From Rhizodiscina lignyota (Eukaryota): 64,000 nucleotides of DNA. Where the stretch lies: positions 124,001 through 188,000 of the forward strand of contig ML978123.1 of assembly GCA_010015805.1 (NCBI GenBank), read 5' to 3'. The number at the start of each line of letters is the position of its first letter. Positions within the stretch are counted from its first letter, which is position 1. The notes beneath the pieces are model-generated. The model was not told the DNA's origin, did not search any database, and was given only the letters and a program-made list of their open reading frames with translations. Below, piece by piece: positions 1 to 12,958 of the stretch. Both the position numbers and the translations under genes were made by a program.

Positions 1-492
1 ACATCCCCTTCCACCCCCTGCTTATCCAACTCTCCAAGCGTTGCTCTCAACCCCCTCAGCTCCTCTTCCATGCGCTGCGCCTCAATCTCCAAGTCGCTCG
101 CCTGCTTCGCGACCCGGAACTTCTCCGTGTCGAGACGTAGAATCTCGTGGGCGTGCTCGCTGGCATCATGATTCGATGTCGTGACCCTGTGCTGTGACTC
201 TACCGTCGCAAGTTGGCGGGAGAGTTTCTTGAGATTGGATTGGAGGGTTTGGAGTTGCAGGTCGCGCGCAGATGAGAGGGTGGAGAGTTGGTCGGATATG
301 CGGGAAAGGGAGGACTTGTCAGGCCCGAGATTGAAGTGGTCGACGCATTGGGAGATGAGCTGTGATATTTATCAAGTCAGTGAATGATCCTCTCTATTCG
401 TGGTCCTAGATCGTTTCCGCGAGAATTGATTGTTGGTATCGCAAGATCAACAGAAATGGACCTACGGCTGCTGGGACTTCGTCGAGCAACAT
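1..492 (-). CDS. spc24: Kinetochore Ndc80-complex subunit Spc24 (3' end runs off the window)
   Basis: Exon 492-466 (MLLDEVPAA), intron GTAGGT..CAG, exon 359-1 (LISQCVDHFNLGPDKSSLSRISDQL...HAHEILRLDTEKFRVAKQASDLEIEAQRMEEEL). Matches the fungal Spc24 N-terminus and coiled coil. Not in the ORF track because it is spliced. Confidence 0.85.
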
Positions 493-834
493 GGTGATGA
501 ATTCGCGTAATTTTAAAACCACAACAATCAAAAAGCCCTCAATCGATCAGTTTTGCAAGAGAACTAGGGTAGAAGGTCTCGAGCGTAGGGTAACCGAGCG
601 CTGAAGTCGAGGTGGTGATGTTGATATTTGAAGCGGCCCAAGCTTCTGGCAGGGCAACGGCAAGCGAGACCCTGGCCGCGGCCTCGCGCTACGTCAGCAC
701 ATGTCAGGGATGTGCAGCGCCTCACGAAGCATCGAGAAGCCGATCCACCACAATTTAACCTCCCATCATCTGCGCTTCCAAGAATCGATTTCCGCACCTC
801 AAAGCAGTACTGATATCCATAGAGACAAGAAGCC

Positions 835-1463
<629 letters not shown>

Positions 1464-2084
1464 GAGGCAACATTGGAGGTATGGCTGGGAGGAAGCTCGG
1501 TGGGGATAATAGAATATAACCGCCCATCCTTGGGGACGTTTTGGCGGGATTTTCATAGGCTGAGGCTGGATCATTTGTTCATACCGGATACTCTACTTAC
1601 AGTCTTCACGTAATGATATACCCGAGCATGAAGCAGTCGAGGAATAGCGCACGCAAATATCTTGCTTTATCTCCGGATATATCCTATCTAGTTAAGTAAT
1701 TCTGGTTTAAATTTTAGGGTTAGGGTTCGATCGTGGCTATTTAATGAATACCATGGTCCGCTCATGCCTTTTCCACACTTTACTCCAGGATTAGGGACTA
1801 AGATAGTTAGTATACAAATTACTTATCGACGGCTTGCGAGAGAGTGCGTCGCACTTTGTCTCTAGAATTGTGCAACGATTTGTTATCCAGTCTCTAATGC
1901 GGTCCGCACTGACTTCTTTCTCAATCCAGACAGTCCGACTTCTCACATGTGGAAAGGCCATCCTCAGAATCTCTCACTCTCGCTTTGCCCATTTCCACAG
2001 TACTTTCGGAGACCACTCTCTTTCCATTGCTGCCATTTCTCATCTCACAGCACTCTGTCTCATACTTCCGCTCTTTAAAGTGCA

Positions 2085-3701
2085 ATGGTTCAAGATGACC
2101 GCGTCAGCTCCTCACTGGCCGGTCACGAAAGAGTAGTGCAAGCAATATCAGACCGCGTAAAACAATTTCATCAAAACGGCACCAAATTCCGCATTTATCA
2201 TGGCTCCACCAACTCTACTCGCCCCTCTTTACGACAAGCAGACCGCATGGTCGACACTAGCAGGCTCAGTAACGTTCTCAATGTCAATACCGAGTCAAAG
2301 ACGGCTCTCGTCGAGCCAAACGTCCCCATGGACGCGCTAGTCGACGCGACTCTCAAGTATGGGCTACTGCCACCTGTGGTGATGGAGTTTCCTGGTTTGC
2401 TTTTACTTCTAATCGTCGGGGCGCATCAGTGCTGACCACCAACAGGCATCACAGCGGGCGGAGGCTTCGCCGGCATCGGTGGCGAGAGCAGCAGCTTCAA
2501 GCACGGGTATTTCGACTTGTCCATTCGCTCGATCGAGATCGTCCTCGGCAACGGTGATATCATCACCGCGTCTACCTCTTCGAATCGCGAGCTGCTGGAG
2601 GGTGCTGCGGGGTCGATGGGCACGCTGGGTGTTGTCACCTTACTTGAAATCGAGCTCATTCCGGCGGGGAAGTACGTGCAGTTGACGTATCATTCAGTCC
2701 GTAGCGCAGGGGAGGCGGTCCAGACGGTGTTGCGCGAGACACAGAAGAGCGAGAATGACTTTGTGGATGGGATTATGTTGAGCGCCACCTCCGGGGTAAT
2801 CATGGCTGGGTGTCTCACAGACACTCCGAACCATTCCGTGTCACGCTTCGCCCGTGCGAGGGATGAATGGTTTTACATCCACGCTTCCAAACAATTCCAA
2901 TCCTCACCGTCCAGCTCCAAACCACCCCAAACAGTAACCATCCCGATGAAAGACTACCTCTTCCGCTACGACCGCGGTGCCTTCTGGATGGCCCGCCACG
3001 TGTTCAAATACTTTTGGTTCGCCCCGTTCGACCGGGTGTCAAGATTCTTCCTCGATCCTCTACTGCATACGCGACCGATGTATCAGGCCATGCATGAGAG
3101 CGGGCATTATGAGAAGTATATTATTCAGGACTTGGGCGTTCCGGTGAGTAATGCAGAGGAGTTTCTTGACTATGTCGACAAAGAGCTAGGAATTTCGCCA
3201 CTGTGGTTATGCCCCTTAAAGCCAGGGTACGGGACGGAATGGCTAAGGCGGAAAGGTTGGTCGATTGGCCAAAAAGAGTCGGAGGGGGCCTCAGAGGCTA
3301 AAGAACTGGTGTTCAATGTTGGTGTGTGGGGACCGGCACCGGAGAAGCACGAAGATTTGGTGAAGGTGAATCGGAGTATCGAGCGCAAAATACGCGAACT
3401 GGATGGTATCAAGTGGCCGTACTCGCAGTACTTCTACAGCGAGGAGGAGTTTTGGGACATCTATGATCGGGAAATGTATGATGAGCTGAGGCGGAAGTGG
3501 CATGCGGAGCAGCTGCCGACGATGTGGGATAAGGTCAAGCCAAGTAGTGAAAGGCACAAGAACAGGAGCGGAGGATTGCACGGAAGGTTGTTGAGACGGT
3601 TATGGGATGTGTGGCCGGTTAGTGGGCTGTATGGGGTTGCGAAGGTGTTATTGGGGAGGACGTATCTGATTACAAAGGAGAAGAAAGCCAAGATAGAATG
3701 A
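2085..3701 (+). CDS. FAD-binding PCMH-type oxidoreductase, Delta(24)-sterol reductase (DHCR24/DWF1)-like
   Basis: Exons 2085-2394 and 2446-3701. Motifs RIYHGSTNSTR, VEPNVPMDALV, PPVVMEFPGITAGGGFAGIGGESSSFKHG, YLFRYDRGAFW. Confidence 0.88.
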
Positions 3702-3815
3702 GTTGTGAGATAGAGACTATTCGAATCTGTTCATGCTGGGTATCAATCCACTATCCAAGCCGCCCCTGACAACCTTAACGCCACATAAAGAAACCAATGA
3801 ACTCGCGTGGACACA

Positions 3816-5087
3816 TCAATGCACGGCTCTTCTGCTTGCAAAATCGTGCATCTCGTACGGCGGTGGTGGTTCCGCTGGCACAGAAGTGTGTCTCTCCTTT
3901 GTCCCTACCATCACAACGTCGTCCTCGTCGTCTCTTTCCACTGATTTGAATCTCTTCTTTTCGCTTGAGGCGCCAGAAGCTTCTGCACTGGTCACAGCAC
4001 GCTTCCCGTTTCCTTTCTCTGACAGAACCCGAGCCTTTACCGATGTACACAGTGTCCCGCTATCAGCCTCGCGGAGGAGCGCAACGTAGAAATCGTGCAT
4101 CGCTAGTTCGGATGTTGAAGGTTCGATGGTGGATATTGAGTCGTCGGATACTGGTGTTGGTCGGGGTGGAAAGAGTTTGATCTTTCCGTCTCCGCTGAGG
4201 GCTAGTGGCCCGCAGATTGCCTTCGCTACAACTATGGCGGGGTTCGAAATAGAAAGAGCTAAGTGCTCGTTTAGGTACACTGATAGTGCAGCTGTAAAGG
4301 GTCCGGCGATCGTTGGTCTTGTTTCATTCGCTTGACTTCTGACTGATGAGAGCAGTGATTGACCGCGCGACACAAATCCTTGGACATCGTCCTTCGCGAT
4401 AGTTATGTCAAGATTCTTCAGCGCAGGCGCGGCTGATGGAAATGAAAGCTGCAGCTGCACACCATTCCCGATCATATCGATGTTCTCAGGATGCGCTTTT
4501 AAATCCAAACGCCGCAGTAAGCTTTCAACAGACGACGTCAGGAATGGAGAGCGTAGTTTCATCGGCGAAATCCGTGCGTCAAACGTAGTGCTCAGAAAAT
4601 TCAGAAAGGCCTCTCGCAACGCGACTGGCATTCGAATCATAATAAGCGGTATAGATGTAAACCCCGAAATACCAAAGTCGTCGGCCGCAGGATCGCGTAG
4701 CAATAATGCGCTGTGGGTAGTCCGTTCATATCGAAGCTGTACGTGGATGCCGCGCACGCTTTCTGCGAGGACATTGATAGCTGAGAGGTCTGTTCTGTCG
4801 AGTTCAGAGTCATCGCCAGGGCGATACTGCGCCTTCCAAGCTGCTTCGTCGCCCAGAAGGTCCCAGGTGCACTCTTCAAGCGAGCCTGATTTGCTGAGGG
4901 CGTCGTCAGGCACGCTAAGCTCGACTTGCACCCCTCGGAGGGAGTCGCCTTTGAGTAGGTCGCGTAATTTCCGGGCGTGCGCTTTCAAATTCTCGTCGTC
5001 TAGGAGCTCGGATGCGCCATGATAGAATGGAGACGCGCGGTAAGTCGTGAAAGTCGAGTTGTAGAGGGGGTATGTCGGCACGTCCAT
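3816..5087 (-). CDS. Probable inner kinetochore CENP-L / Sim4-complex subunit Fta1
   Basis: 423-aa single-exon ORF. N-terminus YPLYNSTFTTYRASPFYHG, LKGDSLRGVQV, LIMIRMPVALREAFLNFLSTTFD and C-terminal PAEPPPPYE resemble fungal CENP-L. Two MCB sites lie upstream. Confidence 0.75.
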   Translation of the reverse strand: MDVPTYPLYNSTFTTYRASPFYHGASELLDDENLKAHARKLRDLLKGDSLRGVQVELSVPDDALSKSGSLEECTWDLLGDEAAWKAQYRPGDDSELDRTDLSAINVLAESVRGIHVQLRYERTTHSALLLRDPAADDFGISGFTSIPLIMIRMPVALREAFLNFLSTTFDARISPMKLRSPFLTSSVESLLRRLDLKAHPENIDMIGNGVQLQLSFPSAAPALKNLDITIAKDDVQGFVSRGQSLLSSVRSQANETRPTIAGPFTAALSVYLNEHLALSISNPAIVVAKAICGPLALSGDGKIKLFPPRPTPVSDDSISTIEPSTSELAMHDFYVALLREADSGTLCTSVKARVLSEKGNGKRAVTSAEASGASSEKKRFKSVERDDEDDVVMVGTKERHTSVPAEPPPPYEMHDFASRRAVH

Positions 5088-5127
5088 TGTGCCAAGACTG
5101 AGGCAATGCGAGACTTGAAGGGCGAGA

Positions 5128-5196
5128 ACGCGTCTGCAGGATCTAACAGCAAAGAATTCGCGCCTAGAAAGACATCCTAGCTCTTTTCACACGCGT
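5128..5196. promoter_or_regulatory. Two MCB (ACGCGT) cell-cycle boxes upstream of the CENP-L-like gene
   Basis: ACGCGT at 5128-5133 and 5191-5196, within about 110 bp of the start codon of a kinetochore gene. Confidence 0.55.
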
Positions 5197-5294
5197 TTTA
5201 ATTGCCTCTTGGACGTGTCGTCGTGTGTTGACATCACTCGCGAGTAAACACAACGGGGCGGCACCGGGGCGACGTTGGACGGCGCGGATCAACT

Positions 5295-5437
5295 ATTGGC
5301 GCCTGGCCAATCAGAGCGAGGTAGAACTTTCTCGTAGCTTCACGATTTTCTGGTCGCCAGCAAACTTGCCTGAGCGTCTCGCCCCACCACACGAGCACAC
5401 CACAACCTCATTCTCATACTGTGCGGCCACTATAAAA
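5295..5437 (+). promoter_or_regulatory. hsp88 promoter: CCAAT boxes, heat-shock element and TATA-like box
   Basis: ATTGG 5295-5299, CCAAT 5307-5311, GAActTTCtcGtAgcTTC 5324-5341 (alternating nGAAn units), TATAAAA 5431-5437. Confidence 0.65.
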
Positions 5438-5507
5438 ACAATCTCGCATAGTCTCTCGACCCTCCCTCTTACCAAACCTCCCCATTACACAAATCACCTA
5501 CTACAAA

Positions 5508-8036
5508 ATGTCCGTAGTTGGTTGCGATTTGGGAACGTTGAGTTCCGTGATAGCAGTCGCGCGCAATCGTGGCGTCGATGTGGTGAGTACCTTCAGCCTA
5601 CCTCGAGAAGGCGTACGAAAATGCTAACCACTGTGTAGATCACAAATGAGCAATCAGACCGAGCGACTCCGTAAGTCCACCGCTTCCTCGACCCGCTATG
5701 GTATCACGCAACAGCCTGCTAACTTTCATCAACAGGTCTTTAGTTGGCTTCGGCCCCAAAAGCAGATATCTCGGAGCGACCGCGAAGACACAAGAAATCT
5801 CGAATCTCAAGAACACCGTCTCCTCCCTCTCGCGCCTCGCCGGCCGATCCATCAAAGACCCTGATGTCCAGGCAGAGCAGGAGTTCGTCACCGCCCCGCT
5901 GGTCGACGTCAATGGCCAGGTTGGCGCTGAGGTGTCATACATGGGGCAGAAGCAGCAGTTCTCAGCAACCCAGCTCGTGTCGATGCTGCTGACCAAGATT
6001 CGGTCAACGGCTGCGGCCGAGTTGAGGCTACCCGTGAACGACATTGTCATCAGCTGTCCAGCATGGTACACTGACGCACAGCGGAGAGCACTGTACGATG
6101 CAACCGAGATTGCAGGCCTCAAACTCCTCCGACTCATCAACGAACCAACCGCCATTGCCCTCGGCTACGGCATCACAAAGACCGACCTTCCCGGCCCAGA
6201 AGAGAAGCCCAGGCGCGTTGCATTCGTTGATATCGGCCACAGCAATTACACATGCTCCGTTGTCGAGTTCAAGAAGGGCGAGCTCGCAGTCAAGGCTACA
6301 GCATGCGATAGGCACTTCGGCGGCCGGAATATCGATCAGGTCATCGTCGAGCACTTTGCCAAGGAGTTCAAGGAAAAGTTCAAGATTGACGTTAATGAGA
6401 ACCTCAAGGCCAAAACACGTCTCGCCGCAGCATGCGAGAAGATCAAGAAGATTCTGTCTGCCAATGCCAATGCTCCACTCAACGTCGAGTCCCTCATGAA
6501 TGACGTTGATGTTCGCGGCTTCCTGAAGCGCGATGAACTTGAGGAGCTTATTAAGCCATTGCTTGAGCGCGCAATCCAACCACTCGAACAGGCACTTGCC
6601 GAGGCCAAGCTCAAGCCCGAAGACATTGACGCGATCGAGATGGTTGGAGGCACTACCCGTGTTCCATCATTCAAGGCCGCCATCCAGAAGTTTTTCGGCA
6701 AGCCCCTCTCCTACACGCTCAACCAGGACGAAGCCGTTGCACGTGGCTGCGCCTTTGCCTGTGCTATCCTTTCGCCCGTCTTCCGCGTCCGAGACTTCAG
6801 CATCCACGACATTGTTCAATATCCCATCGAATTCACCTGGGAGAAGTCCCCCGATATCCCCGACGAAGACACCTCCCTCACCGTCTTCAACAAGGGCAAC
6901 GTCATGCCTTCAACAAAGATCCTGACCTTTTACCGCAAGCAGCCCTTCGACCTCGAGGCGCGATACTCCAAGCCCGAGCAGTTGCCCGGAAAAGTCAACC
7001 CTTGGATAGGCCGCTTCAGTGTCAAGGGCGTCAAGCCAGACTCCAAGGACGACTTCATGATTTGCAAGCTCAAGGCACGCGTCAACCACCACGGCATTCT
7101 GAATCTCGAGCAGGGCTACTATATTGAAGAGCAGGAGGTTGAGGAGCCTGTGCCGGAGAAGGAGGGCGAGAAGAAGGACGCAGATGTGAGTAACATGGAT
7201 TCTTTCTCTGACGCCAGTTCCGATAGTAGCTCTTCGACTCGACGACCGCCCAAGCGCGTCAAGGTTGACGACAATGTTACTCAAGAGCTTGATTCTTCTG
7301 CGCGTATACATCTTCCTTCAAGAAACGTGAAACTGACGGAACGGCAGGCGATGGACACCGACCAGCCCAACGGCACGGCCGAGAAGACGGCCGATAAGAC
7401 GACCAAGACGCGCAAGGTCAAGAAGCAGGTTCGCAAGGGCGAGCTCCCCGTTTCCGTTGGCACCGCGAGCATGGACCAAGCGACCAAGGACGCGTGCATC
7501 GAGCGCGAGAACCAAATGTTCATGGAGGACAAGCTGGTCGCGGATACCGAGGAGAAGAAGAACGATCTCGAGAGCATGATCTATGAGCTGCGCGACAAGC
7601 TCGACACTACCTACGCTGAGTTTGCGAGCGAGGAGGAGAAGGACAGACTGCGAGCGAAGTTGACCGAGAGTGAGGTAAGTTAAATCCAAATTTCCATTGT
7701 TAATATGTCTGCTAACGTTACGTTCTGCAGGACTGGCTCTACGACGAGGGCGACGACGCCTCCAAGGCCGTCTACGTCTCCAAGATCGACGACATCAAGT
7801 CCATCTCCGGTCCTATTGTCCAGCGGTACATGGATAAGGTCGAGGAGGAACGACAAGCTATTCTCAAGGCGCAAGAAGAGGAGGCAGCGAGGAAGCGTGC
7901 GGAGATCGAGGCCAGGAAGAAGGCGGAGGAGGAGGCCGCCGCGGCAAAGAAGAAAGCTGAAGGTGGGGATGAGGAGATGACGGACGCACCAGCGAGTGCG
8001 GAGGGCAAGGGGCCAGATGAGGTCGAGGAGGCGTAA
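5508..8036 (+). CDS. hsp88: Hsp110-family chaperone / nucleotide exchange factor Hsp88 (Sse1)
   Basis: Exons 5508-5582, 5639-5670, 5736-7185, 7348-7674, 7731-8036. Motifs MSVVGCDLG, ITNEQSDRATPSLVGFG, LNQDEAVARGCAF, EDKLVADTEEKKNDLE, DWLYDEG. Confidence 0.96.
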
Positions 8037-8397
8037 ATTAGAGATGGGGCTTTTACGTTTTCGTGAATGAATGGCAATGAAATGGTTGCGGGCATTGGGA
8101 TTGGAGTCATTGCGTTGTTGAAAAAAATGGCTTTGACTTGACGTATTAAGAGATGAGTCTCTTTTTATTTTTAAGTTTTGCTGCGGCAAGTTTGACTTCT
8201 TCGGGGTCTAATGGTTTCATGATAGATCGTTGCAAATAGAGATTTGCGGGTTATGAGCGAAATAAAGAAATGAATGAATACTCCAAACTAATTGAAAATG
8301 CTGTTCGTAGGCACACTACATTCAGTTAGAATGTGATCATTGATTCCGTATCAAACCGATGGACACGGAGTAAACTTCCTCAGATATACATGAAACA

Positions 8398-10545
8398 TTA
8401 TCGAAGGTCGAAGGCTTCGCTCTTCAGCTTAGCATCTTCCAACATTTGAATCGCCTCTCCATCCATGAAGCCGTGGATGTAGCAGTCACTAATTAAACGA
8501 TAGAACGTGCCACATTTTCTCAAGATAAATGGTACGCGGGACCCGAATAAAATAGCTAGAATATCTCCAGGCTCGACAGTCCAAGATCCGACACCTTTCC
8601 ACCCTTGTGAAGTGCGTAAGAACACTCGGCGCCTGCAAGCGGATCTGGCAATTTCGAAGAAACGATCGCCATTGCCTATACTTGCATGAGCCCTAAGCAG
8701 ATTAATCATCTGGTCGGTATATGGAAACAAGAAGCTCGCCGATGTCCTGCTTTCGAGCACATGTTTTGGGTCGTCACACCTCTTCCCCAGGTCATAACAA
8801 CTGGCGCAGATATCGTAATCGCCGTGATCGCAGATCCGGCAGTGGTATCCTCTGGCCAGGTTCGACACTGGTTTGCGCTGTTCACAGATATACTGCTCGC
8901 ATAAATTGCACCAAGCGGGAACTGCTGCAACGTAGCTATCCTGTTTGCTGGTCTCGAGTAGAGGCAAGAGATACGCTGAGAAGTCAGCGAAGTGAGCCTC
9001 GAGGTTCTCGTGAGCACGCCCGGTCGTATGCTCAACACCAAACTTCTCCTGCCATCGATCTGAGACCATAATCCTTGACATGATCATCAGTCGGTCTGTG
9101 GTCGGGTCTTCTCTGTCTGAGTGATCTGCAGGAATCCGTCCGTCTCCAAATCTGAGAACAGCATCAGTCTCCACAATTGACCCCAAATTGAGACCTTGTA
9201 CAGTTAAAATGTTCTCTCCAATGCTAAACTGGAGCGTCGGAAATGTGCCCCGCGCTGCATCATACAGGAATGGCAACAGCGATAGGTCATCATGCATATG
9301 GACGTCCCATCTTAGGATCCACGAGGGATAAACGGTGTCTAGATGCGTTGTTTGCCATGCATAGCACATTACCTCGAGGTTGCGATAGCATCGTATAGAG
9401 TCTAGTGCTACTTGCCGGTAGACTTCAAACGTAGTCATGTTGTAGTTTGCCCGAAAATTCAGATGGGTAGCCCGTCCCTGTTGGCTGTTGTCATGTCTTG
9501 CGCAGAGTGGATGTGTGTAGTGACTGGAATGTGTTTTGGATCAACTCACATCGACTGATGATCCAGCAGGATATGTAATTGCAGTCCTTTGGCTCTGACC
9601 ATAATCTCGAATCTGGAGAATAGGATGTTGTAGCAGTGCGAATACTTTGTCTCTGGGGTCTGTAGAGCGGAAGCGCCTAACGAGGCTGAGAAGGCCTGGA
9701 AACGGAGCCTCTCTGCGAGTGGAAAACGACTGGTCCCACATGAAAAAGGCATTGCGGAATCCATTATAAGATAGGAAATGGTCCTTCTTCCAATGTATTG
9801 TGGGGCTCCGCTTTGATGCATAGCAGGCCCAGTTTGCCGCCAACGCCACGAATTCCCATTCAATTTCCTCTTTGCCACAAAGTACCCAGCTCTCTGGAGT
9901 ACCACGAACCTCCTGGATTACCCACACTCTAAAGAACCAATCAGATTCATAAAGGCCCCAAAATGATTGCCAGCTCGGGAGAGATACTTCTTCGACTTCG
10001 GCGGAGTTGGTCTTCCTGACAACTTGTGCTCTTTCTGGTTCCTTTTGCAACCTTGCCGCCCATGAAGTTGAAGAATGATCGTATCCGTAAAGTTCTTTAC
10101 AGCAGCTATAAGTAATTGTCCTGATCAAGTTTAACGCCGGTACTGAGTGTTCATCGCCAGGCCCAATCCATACGAAAATGCGGGAAGCATAGAGAAATAT
10201 CTGCTTCATTATTAAGAGCTGTTGATTACGCTCTGTGACATCTTCCTGATTGATACAAATTGCATCGGCCCAGACCAGTTGTGATGGTACCTTTTCACGA
10301 AGTCGACGAAGAGCGGCATAAAGAGTTTTCGTGACTTGAAAAGGCCTTCCGCTACAAATGAGCTCGACCGTGTCGTTTGCATCTCCCCAACAATAGCTAA
10401 GCGCATGATATTCGGGACCTGAGGCATATTGGTCGACAACAATAAGGGAACAAGAAACGGGCTCATCTTGGACAAGCGATTGCAAGCGTAGAAGCCTGAT
10501 GGAGTTGACAGATGGTAAGGTAGAGTACACGTCAGGGGAAACCAT
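8398..10545 (-). CDS. HET-domain (HET-6-like) heterokaryon incompatibility protein with internal ZZ-type zinc finger
   Basis: Exons 10545-9550 and about 9477-8398 (GTGAGT..CAG, phase 0). HET motifs YHALSYCWG, WADAICINQED, WFFRVWVIQE, STDPRDKVFA; ZZ-like CNLC...YHCRICDHGDYDICASC...C..PKH; typical C-terminus GDILAILFGSRVPFILR..YRLISDCYIHGFMDGE. Confidence 0.9.
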
Positions 10546-11563
10546 GGTGAACGAGCCGCCCTACAGTTTGTTCCGATGCATGTAGTGACGCGGACATGAC
10601 CGGGTTTAATATATGAGGGTCAAGGTATTACGGGATTGTGAAGTTAAATGATTTATGGCCTACAGAACGCACGAGGCTCAAAGGTCACATGGGAGCCTAA
10701 TCGCGTCGGCAGGATTGGGGTTGATTTGCAGGAGATTTCCAGCTCAGATGCAAAGAATATCATCCTCCAAGATGTCCATCGAACGACGTAGATCATCATT
10801 GACCATATTGCTGCAAATGAGACTTCAGACGGAATACTTTGTAAGGTTATGCGAGTGATCTAGCTGTGGAGGCTTATTACTACAAGGCAAGGCAATCCCT
10901 CATTCGTTAATCCGCACGAACCAATCAGATTACGCGCTTTTTAGGAGCTCCGAACTTCCGATGATGTAATAGAAAGCTCGCTGAGGCTCGGTTCAACAGT
11001 AGATTTTTGAGTATTAAGCAACCGGTGATTTTATTCACTGCGGAATCTTGCACTGATTGAGGATCATGTATACAGTACAATTTATGTACACACGGAAAGC
11101 CGCCGAGTGGGCGGATCTGGATCATCGAACAAGTGATAGTTCGATTCCATATGGGATCTTCTCCAGAGAGCGAGGAAAACTTGAAAATTTTCGCATTTTT
11201 ACGCGCTTAGAATGTGGCGAGAGTAATGGAATACACACCCAAGCCATCCGCCCCCGTTTCCGTGCCAGTGCGCCACTCAGGCAAGGTATGTCCTGGAAAG
11301 CCGAGTATTGTACATGAAGTATTTGACCCATCCTGATTCCCTGTAAAGCCAACTCACCCCGTCCAACGTAGCCGAACCTGTCTAGGATTTCCTACATATC
11401 CATCAACGAAGCCGAAAGGATCTGCCGTCACCGATTAGTGCCCTTATCCAACGCCATATGCATCTGTGCAAAAGCGGGGATGAAGGTCAAGTCCCATTAA
11501 TGATCGAAACAATGTCCGGTAGGAAGGCATCTTCTCCGGGTTCGAACTTGGCCTTGGAGGCGT

Positions 11564-12958
11564 TCATTGGTTACCCCAGGAGTATTCTTCCGTCTTGTCG
11601 ATCAGGCGCGCAGCAGTCTCGTTGCACTGACCCGCCTGAAAACTTTCCCACAGCTCTTGACTTGTTGTGCAAGTGTCGACATGGTTCAGGAAGTCGACCT
11701 CTGTGTACAACTTTCCGCTGCAATGTTCGGCGAATTCTTCGGAGAATAACCACTCGAGGCTCAAACTGGGCTGTGTAGTCTGATGAAGAGATTCCTGGCA
11801 CTCACAGCCACGACAGGCAATGTAGCGCATGATCTGCCATGCACCATCAGTGTTGTCGCTCCCGGCCATTTTCTTCATGTTTCCTTTATCTTGGGTCAAG
11901 ATATCCAGGCGCATCGAACTCATCACCGCCAGGGTCCAGAGGTTGGTTAAGAAATTTTCGCCTAGCTTGGCCTCAAATCGATTCATTGCATCTTGAATGT
12001 TTCTGGCATCTGCTGGTTCACCAAGATCAATGAGCTGCTCAGTCGAATCAGGCCTCCTGAGGACAAAGTATTCCCAGATCAGTAACCTGGTACGATTCTT
12101 GAACATGGTAAACCAAGCATTTAGACAACGGGGGTTCCGCGGTGTCAGTCGCTCACGATCGAGTCTGGTGTCGTATTCCTCGTTCTCTTCCCAGAGTTCG
12201 AGCTCAGCTTGCTCGCGGATTTTGCTAAACCCAGCTACATAGACGTGGTAGTATGTTGTCAGTTGAAGAGGCTTCTGGAATGAGTAATCTTTTGTAGAGA
12301 GAGGGTTGTTGTACGTTCCTGGAATGGAAGAGAAGGTGCTAAGAGGGTACCGATTCTCGTCTCGAGGAGACCCCAACGTTAGGAAGTCACCATGCGCTTT
12401 AGTGATGACCGCGTCTAGGTCGTCTAGGCTTGAACGACGCTGAAAGAGACATTTGTGGCAGTATCGTTGGCCCAAAGGCAAAAAGACGAAGAGCCCCGGT
12501 CGAGAGCATCCCCTACCACCATCGACCTCAAGGTGTTCACATGTACTTTCGCATGTACCTTTGGTCAGAAGATTCCACAGCTTTTCGAAAGTATAGACAT
12601 CTTCACGTATGAGGCCCGTTTGCTTCAGCGCAAGAATTAGGTCTGCGCCGTGAGATACCACCTCTTTGTAGCCAAGCGCTGATTCGACAACTTGACGTGC
12701 ACATCGATTAACTCGTGTAAAGGCCTCAAGGTCAAGGAAGTGCAGGTGTGGAAGAATGACATGAAGAACCTCTACCGGTAGGCAAGCGAGGCCGCCAAGT
12801 GATGCGGAGGGTTGATCGAAGTTTAATGGCACCGCCACGGGTCTTCGGAGGTTCGCTGGATCGATAGCATTTGGCAAACGCGGCTTAGCGGCGAGGAATC
12901 TCGCCTTATCTGAAAGCAGCTTCGAGGTCGTCTTTGGAGTATCAAGTGAGGCAGGCAT
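11564..12958 (-). CDS. F-box domain protein (lineage-specific)
   Basis: Long single-exon ORF. F-box-like LGGLACLPVEVLHVILPHLHFLDLEAFTRVNRCARQVVES and Cys motifs (RYCHKC; ACRGCEC..HVDTC). Start may be the ATG at 12958 or at 13069. Confidence 0.75.
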   Translation of the reverse strand: MPASLDTPKTTSKLLSDKARFLAAKPRLPNAIDPANLRRPVAVPLNFDQPSASLGGLACLPVEVLHVILPHLHFLDLEAFTRVNRCARQVVESALGYKEVVSHGADLILALKQTGLIREDVYTFEKLWNLLTKGTCESTCEHLEVDGGRGCSRPGLFVFLPLGQRYCHKCLFQRRSSLDDLDAVITKAHGDFLTLGSPRDENRYPLSTFSSIPGTYNNPLSTKDYSFQKPLQLTTYYHVYVAGFSKIREQAELELWEENEEYDTRLDRERLTPRNPRCLNAWFTMFKNRTRLLIWEYFVLRRPDSTEQLIDLGEPADARNIQDAMNRFEAKLGENFLTNLWTLAVMSSMRLDILTQDKGNMKKMAGSDNTDGAWQIMRYIACRGCECQESLHQTTQPSLSLEWLFSEEFAEHCSGKLYTEVDFLNHVDTCTTSQELWESFQAGQCNETAARLIDKTEEYSWGNQ

